Below, one piece after another: positions 1-11,851 of a stretch of 64,000 bases of DNA. The notes beneath the pieces are model-generated. The model searched no databases. It worked only from the letters and a program-made list of their open reading frames with translations, and was not told where the DNA came from. Origin of the DNA: Seison nebaliae (lineage: Eukaryota). The translations under genes and the position numbers were made by a program. Every line of letters begins with the position of its first letter. Position 1 is the first letter of the stretch. The stretch is from the NCBI GenBank assembly GCA_023231475.1, contig JALJEE010003244.1, forward strand, positions 1 to 64,000, in the 5' to 3' direction.

Positions 1-889
1 CACGATATCCAACGTTTACCCAAAATAATATAGTCAAGTCCTCACTTGGTTCGGTTTAATTGGTTCTAACTTATAATAATTACACTCTATAACTAGTTAT
101 TGTCAAATTGTGACATTGAAATCGGATAGAACATGAATTCCAATGGGAAATTCTTCAAGTTACACAATAAAGGAGTGAACGTCGGAGAATATTATTCTGA
201 TAAAACGATCATCGACATAATTGGTACTTTTCCATTTATCATTTTAACAACCTGTTGAACATGAACATCAAGGTGCATCAGTGTTATGCATAGTGAATAT
301 TATATAAAATAAAATTTTTGTCAATTATCCTATGAAACTAATTTAATTGTTTAATTACTAAATAATTTTTTTAAAACTTTACTCAAAATACATATACTAT
401 TGATATTGAAAAATTTGAAAATAATAGATGAGAATGACGATAAATGTATCAACAATTTGAGTGGTCATTGTCAGAACTTCAAAATAGAAAAAAACAGGAA
501 ATGTTCCACAATCAGTTAATAAGAGAAAGATTAGTTAAATTGAATTTATTCCGAAATTAAAGAGAAAGATTTGAATAGTAAATGAAGAATTAGAAAATGA
601 AATTTGATGATTCTCTCAAATTATCAAATGTTTGGATAAACGTTCAAATTTTCTAATAGGAAATTTTATTTTCTGAAAAAAAATTCCAAAAACTTTTTTC
701 AAATGAGAATTTCATGAGATATCACAATTTTCAGATATACTTTATTGAAATAATAATTTTATTTTTATCTAATTTTATTCGACAGTTTTTATGATAATTG
801 TCATTTGGAATTGAATCAGACCAAATCCATTTGATTGTTCCTCGTTCACTCACAAGTCTCTCCCGGTTTCCCACGGGAAAAACACCGTT

Positions 890-2770
890 TTATTCTAAAA
901 AGAAATAGTTTCCACTGGCTTTCTGTTCCGTATCCTGCATCAATGACATTATAAAATAATAATAAAAAATTATAAAAATCAAATTAACTTTCGCACTATT
1001 TTCTTTATTGATACGTGGACGAGCGTTGACTTTATCCCGTCGGAAAGTGACTCCGATATTTCGAAGGAATTTATTCATTCCTGACTCTAATGATTGTGGC
1101 GCTTGAGCAAATGTCGACACTGCCGGTTCTCCTTCGAATACGATGACTCGATCGGCCATATATGTCGCCATAATGAAATCGTGTTCAACGACGAATGCCG
1201 TTTTTTTCGCATGAAGAATGAATCGTCGAATAACTCGTGAGGCGGAGAGACGTTGTTCCGAATCGAGATAAGCGCTCGGTTCGTCAATGAGATAAACATC
1301 CGCTGGTTTCCCCAAACAAAGTGTAATTGCAACTCGTTGTAATTCTCCACCAGATAAATTCTGTACTTGGAAATCCATCAAATCATCAACTTTTAACGGT
1401 TTAATAACATCTGTATTGAATTGAGGATGTATACTCGCTTCTCGAATTCTCGCATAAAGTAATTCGCGAACATTTCCTTGAAATTTTGGAGATATTTTTT
1501 GTGGTTTATATGAAATGTTCATAGTGGGAACGACAACGTCGTCATTCGGTTTCATATTTCCTGCCAACATTCTGATCATGGTCGTTTTCCCCGTTCCATT
1601 CTCACCCAATAATACGATGATTTCCGAATCGGTGAAATATCCTTGATCGATTTTCATTTGAAAATCACCGAAATCTTTCGACATTGTCGGATATTTGAAT
1701 TGTTCGAGACGTTTAATCTCCTCTTCACTCAACGCTTCCGTTATACGGAATTTGAGACCTTCTTCTCGAAATCGTAAATTTTCTGATGGTATATGACCGT
1801 CGAGGAACATGTTAATTCCATCACGAACTGATGACGGTTTCGTTACCACACCATAATGACCTGGTGAGCCATAAAGAATGGAAATATAATCAGAGAGATA
1901 ATCCAATACAGACAAATCGTGTTCGACCACCACAACATATTTATCGAATTCAACTAATCGACGAATCGCCTTCGCCATTTTCATTCTCTGTTTCACATCC
2001 AAATAACTCGACGGTTCGTCGAACATATAAACATCGGCATATTGAAGACAAACGATGGCACAAGCGAATCTTTGTAATTCTCCTCCAGATATCGATTCGA
2101 TGGGTCGTTGGAGAACTGGTTGAAGATCGAATAATTCGATAACTGTCTCTAATTTCAAATTTGACGTTTGTTTCTTCTCCAATTGATCGATCACTTTACC
2201 AGAAATCACTTTCGGTATCTGATCAACATATTGTGGTTTAGTGACACATCGAATTCGTTCTTCTACTTGTTTATTGAAATAATTCTGTAATTCACTTCCT
2301 CGGAAATGAGCAATGATATCTGTCCATCCAGGCGGATTTTCAAAAACACCCAAATTTGGTTTTAATTTACCTCCCAATATTTTTAATGCCGTCGATTTCC
2401 CAATTCCGTTCGTTCCCACTAATCCCAAAATTTGACCGGCTCGCGGAAAAGGTAATCGATGTAATTTGAAAGCATTCGCTCCAAAACGATGTACTGTATT
2501 CACCGACAAATTACTGGGAAGATTGATGATATTGATCGCGCGATACGGACACTTTTTCACACAAATTCCACACCCAATACACAATTCCTCACCGATCCAA
2601 CAAATTTTATCGGTGTGTGACACTTCAATACACTGCTTGCCCATTCGCACCACCGGACAAGATAATTTACATTCCAATCCACATTTCTTCGGTCTACATT
2701 TATCTTTCTTCACGATGGCTATTCTGGTCATAGCCGCCTGTTCCGTCTTATCTTTCTGACTCTTCAACAT
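890..2770 (-). CDS. ABCE1: ABCE1/RLI1 ribosome-recycling ABC ATPase (2 exons; intron 935-988)
   Basis: N-terminal 4Fe-4S cysteines ([27 protein letters not shown]), two Walker A motifs ([18 protein letters not shown]) and SGGELQR signatures. ATG at 2770. Removing the 54-nt GTTAAT..CAG intron restores the conserved end [17 protein letters not shown]. Confidence 0.97.
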   Translation of the reverse strand: MLKSQKDKTEQAAMTRIAIVKKDKCRPKKCGLECKLSCPVVRMGKQCIEVSHTDKICWIGEELCIGCGICVKKCPYRAINIINLPSNLSVNTVHRFGANAFKLHRLPFPRAGQILGLVGTNGIGKSTALKILGGKLKPNLGVFENPPGWTDIIAHFRGSELQNYFNKQVEERIRCVTKPQYVDQIPKVISGKVIDQLEKKQTSNLKLETVIELFDLQPVLQRPIESISGGELQRFACAIVCLQYADVYMFDEPSSYLDVKQRMKMAKAIRRLVEFDKYVVVVEHDLSVLDYLSDYISILYGSPGHYGVVTKPSSVRDGINMFLDGHIPSENLRFREEGLKFRITEALSEEEIKRLEQFKYPTMSKDFGDFQMKIDQGYFTDSEIIVLLGENGTGKTTMIRMLAGNMKPNDDVVVPTMNISYKPQKISPKFQGNVRELLYARIREASIHPQFNTDVIKPLKVDDLMDFQVQNLSGGELQRVAITLCLGKPADVYLIDEPSAYLDSEQRLSASRVIRRFILHAKKTAFVVEHDFIMATYMADRVIVFEGEPAVSTFAQAPQSLESGMNKFLRNIGVTFRRDKVNARPRINKENSAKVNLIFIIFYYYFIMSLMQDTEQKASGNYFFLE

Positions 2771-3533
2771 TCTTACCACTTATCTAATGAAAGAATAATT
2801 AATTTAAGAAATTATAATAAGTTCTCTTTTATTTGTCACGTTGTCCCCTCTTGATTTGAAATGTACATTTCTTCGTTTCAATGCAATTATTTAATTCATA
2901 TCATTCGAATTTTAAGCTTATTACAAACATGGCTCATAAGCTTACTTTTTGAATTAGAAAAATTTGAAAAAAAAATATTTTAAAATATATTCATAATTCA
3001 ATTTCAAAATTGTTTTGAGTGCTTTTTTGAAAATCTCCCATTTTACGAGCTAGCAAGCTAAAGAACTGACGTCATTTTTACGTTAATTTTTTCATCTTTT
3101 TACCGTTAAAGTTAATTGGTTATTGGTCCGATCAGATGTTGACATTCTCCTTCCACTTTTTTTTCATTCAATTTCTAATATTTAATTTATCTTACTCGTT
3201 TTTCTTTTAATTTCTTTCGAGAACTATTGTAACTATTCCTAAACTAAAACTCTACTTTTCTTTTCGAATCTAATAATATTCTCGTCAATTCGAATCACTT
3301 GACATAGAATCATTTATTATGTATTATCGTCAATAGAATCATATCGTCAATTCCTCATCATTTTAATCTTTCAAACTTTTCTCAAATTAAATGAAATTGA
3401 TATAAGAAAATTATTGATTTGAATGAATAATTTTGATGTTTTCTGCTGTGGTATAGAGTTTTCTCCCAATACAGTTTGCTGGAAAGTGGTTTTCGTCCGA
3501 TATTTTTTAAATTAAATTATTTATAATTTCATT

Positions 3534-4223
3534 ATGTCGACGAATATGAAGATAATGGAAAAATCAAAAGTTTTTAAAATAGTTCTTTAATCTCGTCAGT
3601 TAACTAATGTTGTTTAGGCTACATTAAAAAATGGATATGTAAAAAAGGATTACTTAAGCGAAAATAAATTCCACAATTTCGATACATTCACTCGACCCGG
3701 CCAATACATGGATTATTTGTCGGTATTTAATAAACAACTACGACGATATAAGCTAAATCACAAAACAAATAGACCGAAAATTCTTCCGAGAATGGCATTG
3801 AGATATCAGATCGGAGTACAAGAGAAAGCATCAGATGAATTATGGAAGTCGTTTGGCTACGACCACATTCCATCAATATTCCAAGAAGTGATCAAATTAA
3901 CTCGCATTCCGTGCCCAAACTACGAGGAAGATAAAGAGAAATTGAATCCACTTTTCTGGAATATCTATCAACGGAATATACAATTAAATCCACTCATTGT
4001 TCTTTCATGCTTCCCAGAAATGTTCAACATGTCCGACATACAAGCTGATGACCGACCAATTTTTAGATTTATCACCAAGTTCAATGCTTATGATGGAATC
4101 AACATGTTCATCCACGTCATCAATTCACTGGCTTGTCGCGATTTTTTAGAACGGGGAAAAGAAGCTCTCTCCAAATTGCGAGTTTTGGATGAACATCCAG
4201 AACAGATTGAATTGGATTTTTAA
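3534..4223 (+). CDS. Hypothetical protein, about 213 aa (2 exons; intron 3570-3617)
   Basis: A 12-codon first exon from ATG 3534 splices through a 48-nt GTT..TAG intron in frame into the 3708-4223 ORF. No recognisable domain. Confidence 0.6.
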
Positions 4224-5635
4224 CTGGATTTATAATTACATAATCATCATCGACTGATGATGATTTCATATCTTCTCTCACGTTTTATTGTAACTTAACA
4301 AAGAGTTTGACGGATTTGTTGAAATTGTTCAATTTTTTAAATTTCAATTTTAGTTTCTATTTAATAATTTAAAATAAACTTTTACATGTTATTTTATTCA
4401 AATTATCTGAATTATCCATGTTGATTACAATTGATAATTGATTATTTTCATCAAAATTGATATTGCCAATTTTGTTAGTAGAGGAAAATCACTTCTTATT
4501 TTTCCAAAAATCAAATAAATTTGAATAACGCAAAAAGTTCGGAATGTTCACTCGATTGTCCGAATTGCTCATTTAAAGATAAACTGAGATTTCTCCTAAG
4601 TCCCTTCAAAGGATTGAAAGAACGGTTTAAAATACCTTCACTATTTTGCCCTACGTCATTGTTAAAAGTATCTTCAGTTTGAATGTTTTAGAGAATCAAT
4701 TTTAATGGAAGTAACGATTTAATTATTTATTATTATTTAATTAAAATTTCCATCGGGATAAATTAGAAAAAAGTTGGTAAAATTTCGGTCTTCTTCGGTA
4801 TAGATAAAACATCGTAGTTGATCGAGTAACTATGAAGTTCTATGAAATCTGTCCATGTCATTCTGTCTCTAAACAATATGTTGTGATCTAATTTAGATAA
4901 TTGACCGACTAATACACTTCCAAATTTCATGTAAACGTTACATTTGAAAAGTTTCAGAATAATATTGCTGAATAATTTTAGTCTGATAAAAGAGCTGGAA
5001 GGAGACAGTGTCATCGGAAGTAAAATTGACTGAATAAAAATTTTGTTACAACTTACTTATTAGTTCATAACTACTCTGAAAATAACGTTGTGTAAAACGG
5101 TTTAGTATAAATATTTAATGTAAAAAATTTTAAACAAAACAAATTGTCTCCATAGAAAAATTTAAATTAAACTTACAATTAATTTGAATAAAAATATTGG
5201 CATGAAATAGTTTTAAAGTTTAGTTTCTATTTTGATGATTGATGAAAAACGGAATAGGAATGATTGTAAAAGAAAAATTAATTATTAATCGAATATGTCA
5301 TTGGCTGTTGGAATATGATAAAATTGAATCTTAATAAGAATAATAAGAGAAAAAGTCAAAAGAATTTTAAAGTTTATTTAATTAATAATCGTTGTGTGTG
5401 AGAAGAAGATATGATTAAAATGAATGGAAACGTCAATTTGTTAAAGTAGATGGAAAAGTTGTTGGGATAGAAAAAAAGACAAAAATTTATTGGAATTAAA
5501 AAAGAAGAACTGTGTGTGAGTGAGTAAGAGTAAGTTGATGATAATTGTCTGATAAGAAGAAAATGAATTAGATTGGAAATGTTGTTAGAGGAAAAAGAAG
5601 AAGAAGAAGGAGGAGGAAGAGGAAGAGAATGAAGA

Positions 5636-6368
5636 TTAGAGAAATTTAACACCATCTATCTTGCGATTATCATCATCATTTCTCATAATAATTAATTGTC
5701 TCTTCTTTTCTAGATTAGTGAGCAATGTCTCTACGATTTCATGGGGTAGATTGGAGAAGTCTGTGATGAAAGAGGAGATTAGGAGCATGTTGAGAGGGAG
5801 TATTAGATAACCTTTCGACAATGTCGATTCAGGTCCGAATAATTCGTAGAGAGTGCAAATAGAGTTGGTGAGACCTTTGTGATTGACTTGACTGATGAGT
5901 TGATGAGACCAATCTTCGATACTTCTCCACATGATCAGACAACGATCATGTTTCGTGTTTAACCATTTGATTTGATCTGTTTGTGCGAAGAGGGGAAGGG
6001 AGAAGGAAAGGAAGATGACATTGATAGTGAGAAAAGGTAGAATGGAAAGAATGAAGGACAAGAGACGACCTTTCTGCTCCAAATGATGGAGGATGGCTTC
6101 GAGTAGTTGAGAAGAGACTGCTCGATCAATCGAAGAATTATAAAACAATTCATCATTACGATATGAATGAAAAGAGAGTATGAATTTGTTTTTCGTGCGG
6201 CAATCACATAATATTCGTTCGCTCCATAACGATAATTGTCTGTTTCTCGTTTCCTGGTTGGGTTGGAGTCTGTGAGAATTATGATCGTCAAAGTAATTGG
6301 AGATTGAACATGATGATTAACGTGTAGAAGGGAGGAAAGTGGGCAAAGTTGTTAACTTGTTCTTCCAT
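5636..6368 (-). CDS. VPS25: ESCRT-II subunit VPS25 (4 exons)
   Basis: FPPFYT|LQPNQETR..QLSLWS, CLIMWRSIEDW, NSICTLYEL and C-terminal GVKFL all match VPS25. Introns 6270-6321, about 5977-6069, and 5761-5811. Confidence 0.92.
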
Positions 6369-6412
6369 CACTCATACACAAAGAATGAATTGTGGCTTGC
6401 TATTCGAACTGA

Positions 6413-6453
6413 GTGGCGCAATCGGTTAGGGCTGATTAAGTCCCCCCTTTTTT
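6413..6453 (+). pseudogene. tRNA-Asn-like fragment (A-box/D-arm) followed by a T6 run
   Basis: GTGGCGCAATCGGTTAG matches the D-arm of metazoan tRNA-Asn as I recall it, followed by GGCTGATTAA (cf. GGCTGTTAA). There is no T-arm or acceptor stem, so it is not an intact tRNA. Confidence 0.3.
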
Positions 6454-6545
6454 ACGAGAGCCTCATAGAGAGTGTTGAGAACAGCTTAGCCGTCGTCGCC
6501 GCCGCCATCACTCACTCATCGATTCGTCAATGAATGGCGACGAAA

Positions 6546-6603
6546 TGAGTTGAATTGAGTTGAGTTGAGTTGAGTTGAGTTGACTTGAGTTAAGTTAAGT
6601 TGA
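6546..6603. repeat. (TGAGT)n pentanucleotide repeat, about 11 copies
   Basis: Seen directly in the sequence. Confidence 0.9.
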
Positions 6604-8447
6604 GGAAGATAACATTATCTGCCGCTTTGGCGAGGAAAAGTAAAAATAATTAGTAATGACAGGAAAGCATCGATCGATTGATTTGTAAAGAATTCCTTAA
6701 CAGAACTACCACGAAAATAAGTTTCGTATCTGTACCTGTTGTGTAGGGAAGAAGAGTGAGAGGAAGATAGACAAGCAACTTCTCCGCTCACAGACGGACA
6801 CCCACACACATTGACATTTGACAAGATGGAAGGTGCACAACTCTCTGTGCACACATGAGATTGATGTGGTAGTTGTCGTCGACTTTCCTTTTCCATTCTC
6901 CATTCTTTCCTTGTCGTTTTCAAACATTCGTATGTTATTGCTTGATTAGCATAATTAATATGTTTCTTTCCCGACCCATACTTCTATTAATAATCGTAAT
7001 GGTGGTGACTGATGGTGATGGTGAGAAGGAGAGTAGTAGGATAAGTGAGAGGAGAATTGGAATGATGGGAAGGAAGTAGTCGCTAATAAAGTAACAGATC
7101 TAATTAAATAGAAACATTTTTGTTTCTCTCCCAATTTACTTGTTGATTAGTGGGAAAAAAGTTCGATAACTTCCATATTAATAATAATAATAATAAGTGG
7201 AAATGAACAAAAAAAATTATTCGACTGTTATTTGGATGATGTCGTTGGAGAGATATTAACAGAAACTTTTCTCATGTTCCTGTGTCATTCGTGTGAATGA
7301 GGAAGAAGTGTTCGATCGACGACAATGTTGTCGTGGAGGAAAGAAACAATTCACTCTGCCTTTCTCCTTTCGTTCTATTTAATCTTCAACTTTTCTCATC
7401 ATATTAAATGGAATTGGGATGAGATGTGACTCATATTCATGGAAATGGCAATTCGATAAATTTATGCAATATGACACTCATCCAAAGTCGTCACATTGAT
7501 GGAGGGGGGGTGGATGGGTAGATATGGAAAGACAAACTGTTTCATTTGTCGATAAAGGAGAAGGGAATGATGGAAATAAGAAATGGAATAATTGATAACA
7601 TTAGATGAAATACTTGTAATAATGATGATTATAAAAAAGACAAAGTCAAAATAAGTTGATCGTTCGTCCAACTCCCAATCTCCATCGGACGAACGATGTA
7701 CATCCAAGTTAATATTGACGTCATTAGATTGACGCGCTCATTAATGGAATAGAAGAGAAAGAGACTTAACTCATCATTCATTCTTTCATTCTCACCGGAT
7801 GTAGGTCTAATAGAAAAATGATAGGAATTGAACATTAGTCGTGGACTTTCTGCATTCTGGCACGCATTCTGTCAATTGTGCCATTTTACCAATCTGCTTC
7901 GTTCGTCTATTAGGAGTATTGCCTATCCATTCACTTTAATACTCTCCATTAATAGCCATTTCAGCTCTCCCCTCCCCCCCACTTCATCCATTACCAATTC
8001 CATCTCCATAACCATTTAAATTTCGTCGATGATCATCATCATATGAATCGATCTCTCTCTCTCCTCCTCCTCCTCCTCATCATGATCATCATCATCATTT
8101 GTATTTGGTCAATCAATTGTTGGGATGGGATCGATTCGTCAAGCCACACGATGAATTAATGTGTGATACTTCGTGACTGATTATCATTCTTTCGTCATTT
8201 GGACGGATGATCGACCCTTTATTCAATTCGATTGCATGAATCAATAATTCTATATTTGTATTTTTTCTCCCTCCCATCTCCTCCAATTTATTCTTCTCCT
8301 TCTCCATCAGAATCGGACGAGAATACTCATCTCCACTCTCATCAATACTCATCATTCCTTCGAAATTTATGATCTCCCATTACCGAACGACGAGTCAGAC
8401 AATTGCAAATTGCAAATATCTTCATCACACTCAACTCGAATCATTCA

Positions 8448-11251
8448 ATGCAAATACTAATATGGAACATCAATCTCTTATTGATTCTCTCACATCTCCA
8501 CACGATCCGCACTCACTCCCAACAGGACAAATGTCTTCCTTGTACGAAAGCAAGTTCTCATTATCATCATTAAATTAATTAATTAATTAATTATTATCTT
8601 CGTTAAGTTTACGAGAAATGCGATTGCATCAACTTCTATCAGAAAAACGGAGAATTCTTCTCGTCCATCCCACTCTATTTGACAGGCAATGCCATCATGT
8701 TGCCCGATCTACCCTCAGATAACAAGAGTTTCATCTATTCCTCATTCTACATCTTCCGTCAGCCGATGGTGGAGATTAATTTCAAACAATTCCAACTCTC
8801 TTTTCCTGACGATAACGAAGAAATCAAGTTTATTCTCATTCTCCTTCACATTTCCCTCCTCCACATTTCCCATCATCAGCAATTGTTCGACGAGCGAAAT
8901 TCGAATATTCGACACCTCCTTAATCGAACACACTTACTCGTTCTGCGGCAATAGTAGTAGTGAATTGAATAAGAAGCACGATTGGTTCACCACTTCCAAC
9001 TACCTCATCATTCAATACATAGTGAATGTGAGACGATTGATAAATCGATCGAATTATCGTATTTTCTTCAAGGCCAATTTCAAATCGATCGAACCTCCCA
9101 AAAATAATTATTTCGATTGTTCCGCTCTCTATCAGAATGGGGGGACGGAAAATCTCATTCTTCCAGGTAGTCGTTATGTTCGCAATTTAATCGGCTCGTG
9201 GAAGAAAGTCACTCAATCGCCTCATATCTCTTGTACTCATCGATTCATTTCGGCGAAGAAGAATCAGCGAATTCGTTTAATTTTGAAAGGAATCATTAAT
9301 TTGAATCGATCTCAATCATTAATCATTCGTGATGGTCGAACTGTTCTACATCCTGTCCTCTTCAATTTGTCCCAATATTATTCACTTATCCCGAAACGAC
9401 AATTCACCACTCTCTCCATCAGTATCACGTCGAGCAGTAATTCCTTATTGATGATTTTCTATTCGAAGAATGTCAATGAAAACATTCGGCTCACTTATGA
9501 ATTCATCGATTCATTAAGTTATTTTTAAATTAATTTAAAATTTAAAATTACCGTTTTAATTACCGTTTTTTTTCTCACCAGATACGAAAGGTAAATGTAA
9601 CATAGTTATCAGATCGAAAGAGATTTTCGATTCAAGAAATGATACAAAGTTAAGTGATACGGATTTGGTGCGGAGGAAAGGCTTCATTCAAAGTCCCAAT
9701 TATCCCAATTCATATCCAAACGGTTTTCTTGCAGGATTTTTTAACTTTTTAAAATTTCATTTTTTCTTCTTTTCAGGCGTGGTTTGTTCTTATGAGTTCG
9801 TAGGAGAGACGTATGAGAGAGTGAAATTTAAAATTCACGATTTAGATCTGTTCACGGGTCGTGTTGAGAAGAATGAGGACGAGAATAAACGACTGAAAAT
9901 CAGCAATTACGGAAATAATTTAGATATGTTCCATCTGTTATCACATCTGCTATTGAATGACACGTCGATTGATCTGGGCGAGAAAGAGAAGACGATTGAG
10001 ACGGACGATAATTTCTTCTCATATTTCCGTCACGAATTACTTCTGGTAATTAATCAGTTTCGAAATCCAAAACGGAAAATTTCCAGTGTGAAAATCGAAA
10101 AGAAATTTCGAAATATTCTCTTGCAAAGCGATCGAACTGTCTCGTCTGATCATTGCAATATTCAGTTGATGGATTATATTCTCCTTCAATCGGAAATGAA
10201 TGGAATTTTGGATGGAGATGATCCCGATCTTTTACTTTGTTCGTTGAAACATTCGCTCACCGAGACCTCTTACAAAGAGATGATTCAATCGTATGTTAAA
10301 CGATTGAGTATTCTCGATCGAGATCATTGGACTACTCGAATGAAGAACAATCGAATAATCGTCGCGAAGAATAATGGAACGATAAGAAATACGAAAAAAT
10401 CATCGACTACTTATCGACAGAGAAAAAATTTGAAAAGATCAATCGAAACATATCAAACACTTCTCCATTCAGAGATGAATGACATTAATAATCTCATTTT
10501 TCAAACGGTATCACATCCCGTCCAACGGTTTATTAGTAGCACTCCCGAAGTCTTCCTCAAATTCTTCGGATATCGATCGTCGCCCAAACAACGAGGATTC
10601 AAAATCGAATATGAATTCGTCGAGAATTACGGCGTTCATACGAACGGTCGATTATTGTATCAATTCGCTCGTCGACAAACCGCCAACGGAATCACTCAAA
10701 AGAGTTGTGTCTTCATTTTCACTTATATAAACCATCCGAAAGGATATTTAACTTCACCTAACTATCCTCAACGATATGCGAGAAATACGAAATGTACATA
10801 CGTGTTCAAAGGACAGAACGAACAACTCCTCCACATCACCTTCCACACGTTTAACGTAAGTGGCAAATTCCCCTGTATCTATGGTGACTACATAAAAATT
10901 TCCGGATATTTTTCCGATGACAAAAAATTCAAAAGTTACTGCAACGGACGACCACCACGCATGCATCAGACGTTGGAGTTCGACGGAAGTTTCTTCATTC
11001 TCGAATTCATCAGCGATCAATATTCGAACGCGAATGGTTTCCTTCTCGAATACGAATTCATCACACATCGACATCCGCATACTGTTACACTGGTTTTCTT
11101 TATTAAATTACAAATTTTCTTTCGAGACGATATTTTCATTTTATCATTCACTTTCTAGTCGACATGCAGTCAATTCAAAAAGAAAGAAATTTACTTTCTT
11201 TTACTATTAGTCAATCATTTGGTATTTATTTATTCATCATTCATCATTTGA
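8448..11251 (+). CDS. SOL-1 (suppressor of lurcher)-like secreted/anchored protein with 4 CUB domains (6 exons)
   Basis: Signal peptide MQILIWNINLLLILS; CUB motifs GFIQSPNYPNSYP, RGFKIEYEF, GYLTSPNYPQRY..CTYVF and GFLLEYEF. The last intron (11093-11158) gives a hydrophobic tail EIYFLLLLVNHLVFIYSSFII*. Confidence 0.78.
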
Positions 11252-11607
11252 TGGTGGGCATCGATGGAGAATGCGGATTGATGGTCGAACGTCGAAATCA
11301 GGAATTTACCGGTATCGGAATCGTCACTCTTTCTAAACTTTTCGAGAATGTGGTGGCGGAAGTGGACGCAGTAAAATCATGCATCGTTCTCTGTCATGAT
11401 TATAAGAATTTGTGCAACGGTTTAATGATACGAGCGTCGGAAGAGATTGCCAATCAATATGTCTGCGAATTGGTCAGTCGAACATCGTTCAAGAAAGAGA
11501 ATAACAACGTTTTATCCATGGAATTGATTGAATATACAAATAATTTTAAAAATGAAACAGCAGCAACAACAACAATGGCAACGAATGGAACGACGAATTT
11601 TCGCTGA
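11164..11607 (+). CDS. Putative small secreted PAN/apple-like domain protein, 147 aa
   Basis: Hydrophobic N-terminus, then a C-x3-C-x6-C-x16-C-x-L pattern (SCIVLCHDYKNLC...VCEL) resembling a PAN core. Confidence 0.45.
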   Translation: MQSIQKERNLLSFTISQSFGIYLFIIHHLMVGIDGECGLMVERRNQEFTGIGIVTLSKLFENVVAEVDAVKSCIVLCHDYKNLCNGLMIRASEEIANQYVCELVSRTSFKKENNNVLSMELIEYTNNFKNETAATTTMATNGTTNFR

Positions 11608-11851
11608 AAAGATTTTTCAATAAAATTTTTAAAACAATTTTTAAAAAAAATTTTTATTTTCTGATTATAATAAAGTTTATGATAAGTATAAGTCTATGAA
11701 AAGTCTCTAAAATTATCGGTTGATGTTTGAAAAAGAGTTAGGTATTTTTGTCCGCTCGTTCGTTAAAGTGAAGTGAAGAAGAGAAATATTTATGGTGAAA
11801 TCTCATAACTAATTGATATCAAATCAATAAATTCTCCGTACGATATCGACC

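Noticed and set aside
4763..5014. Short ORF or possible transposon relic
   Set aside because: No recognisable motif, terminal repeats or splice partners.
5146..5159. X-box-like GTCTCCATAGAAAA
   Set aside because: Mismatched at the final base and located between two converging 3' ends, with no gene start nearby.
6615..6927. Minus-strand ORFs upstream of VPS25
   Set aside because: No homology recognised; could be UTR or non-coding. Insufficient support.
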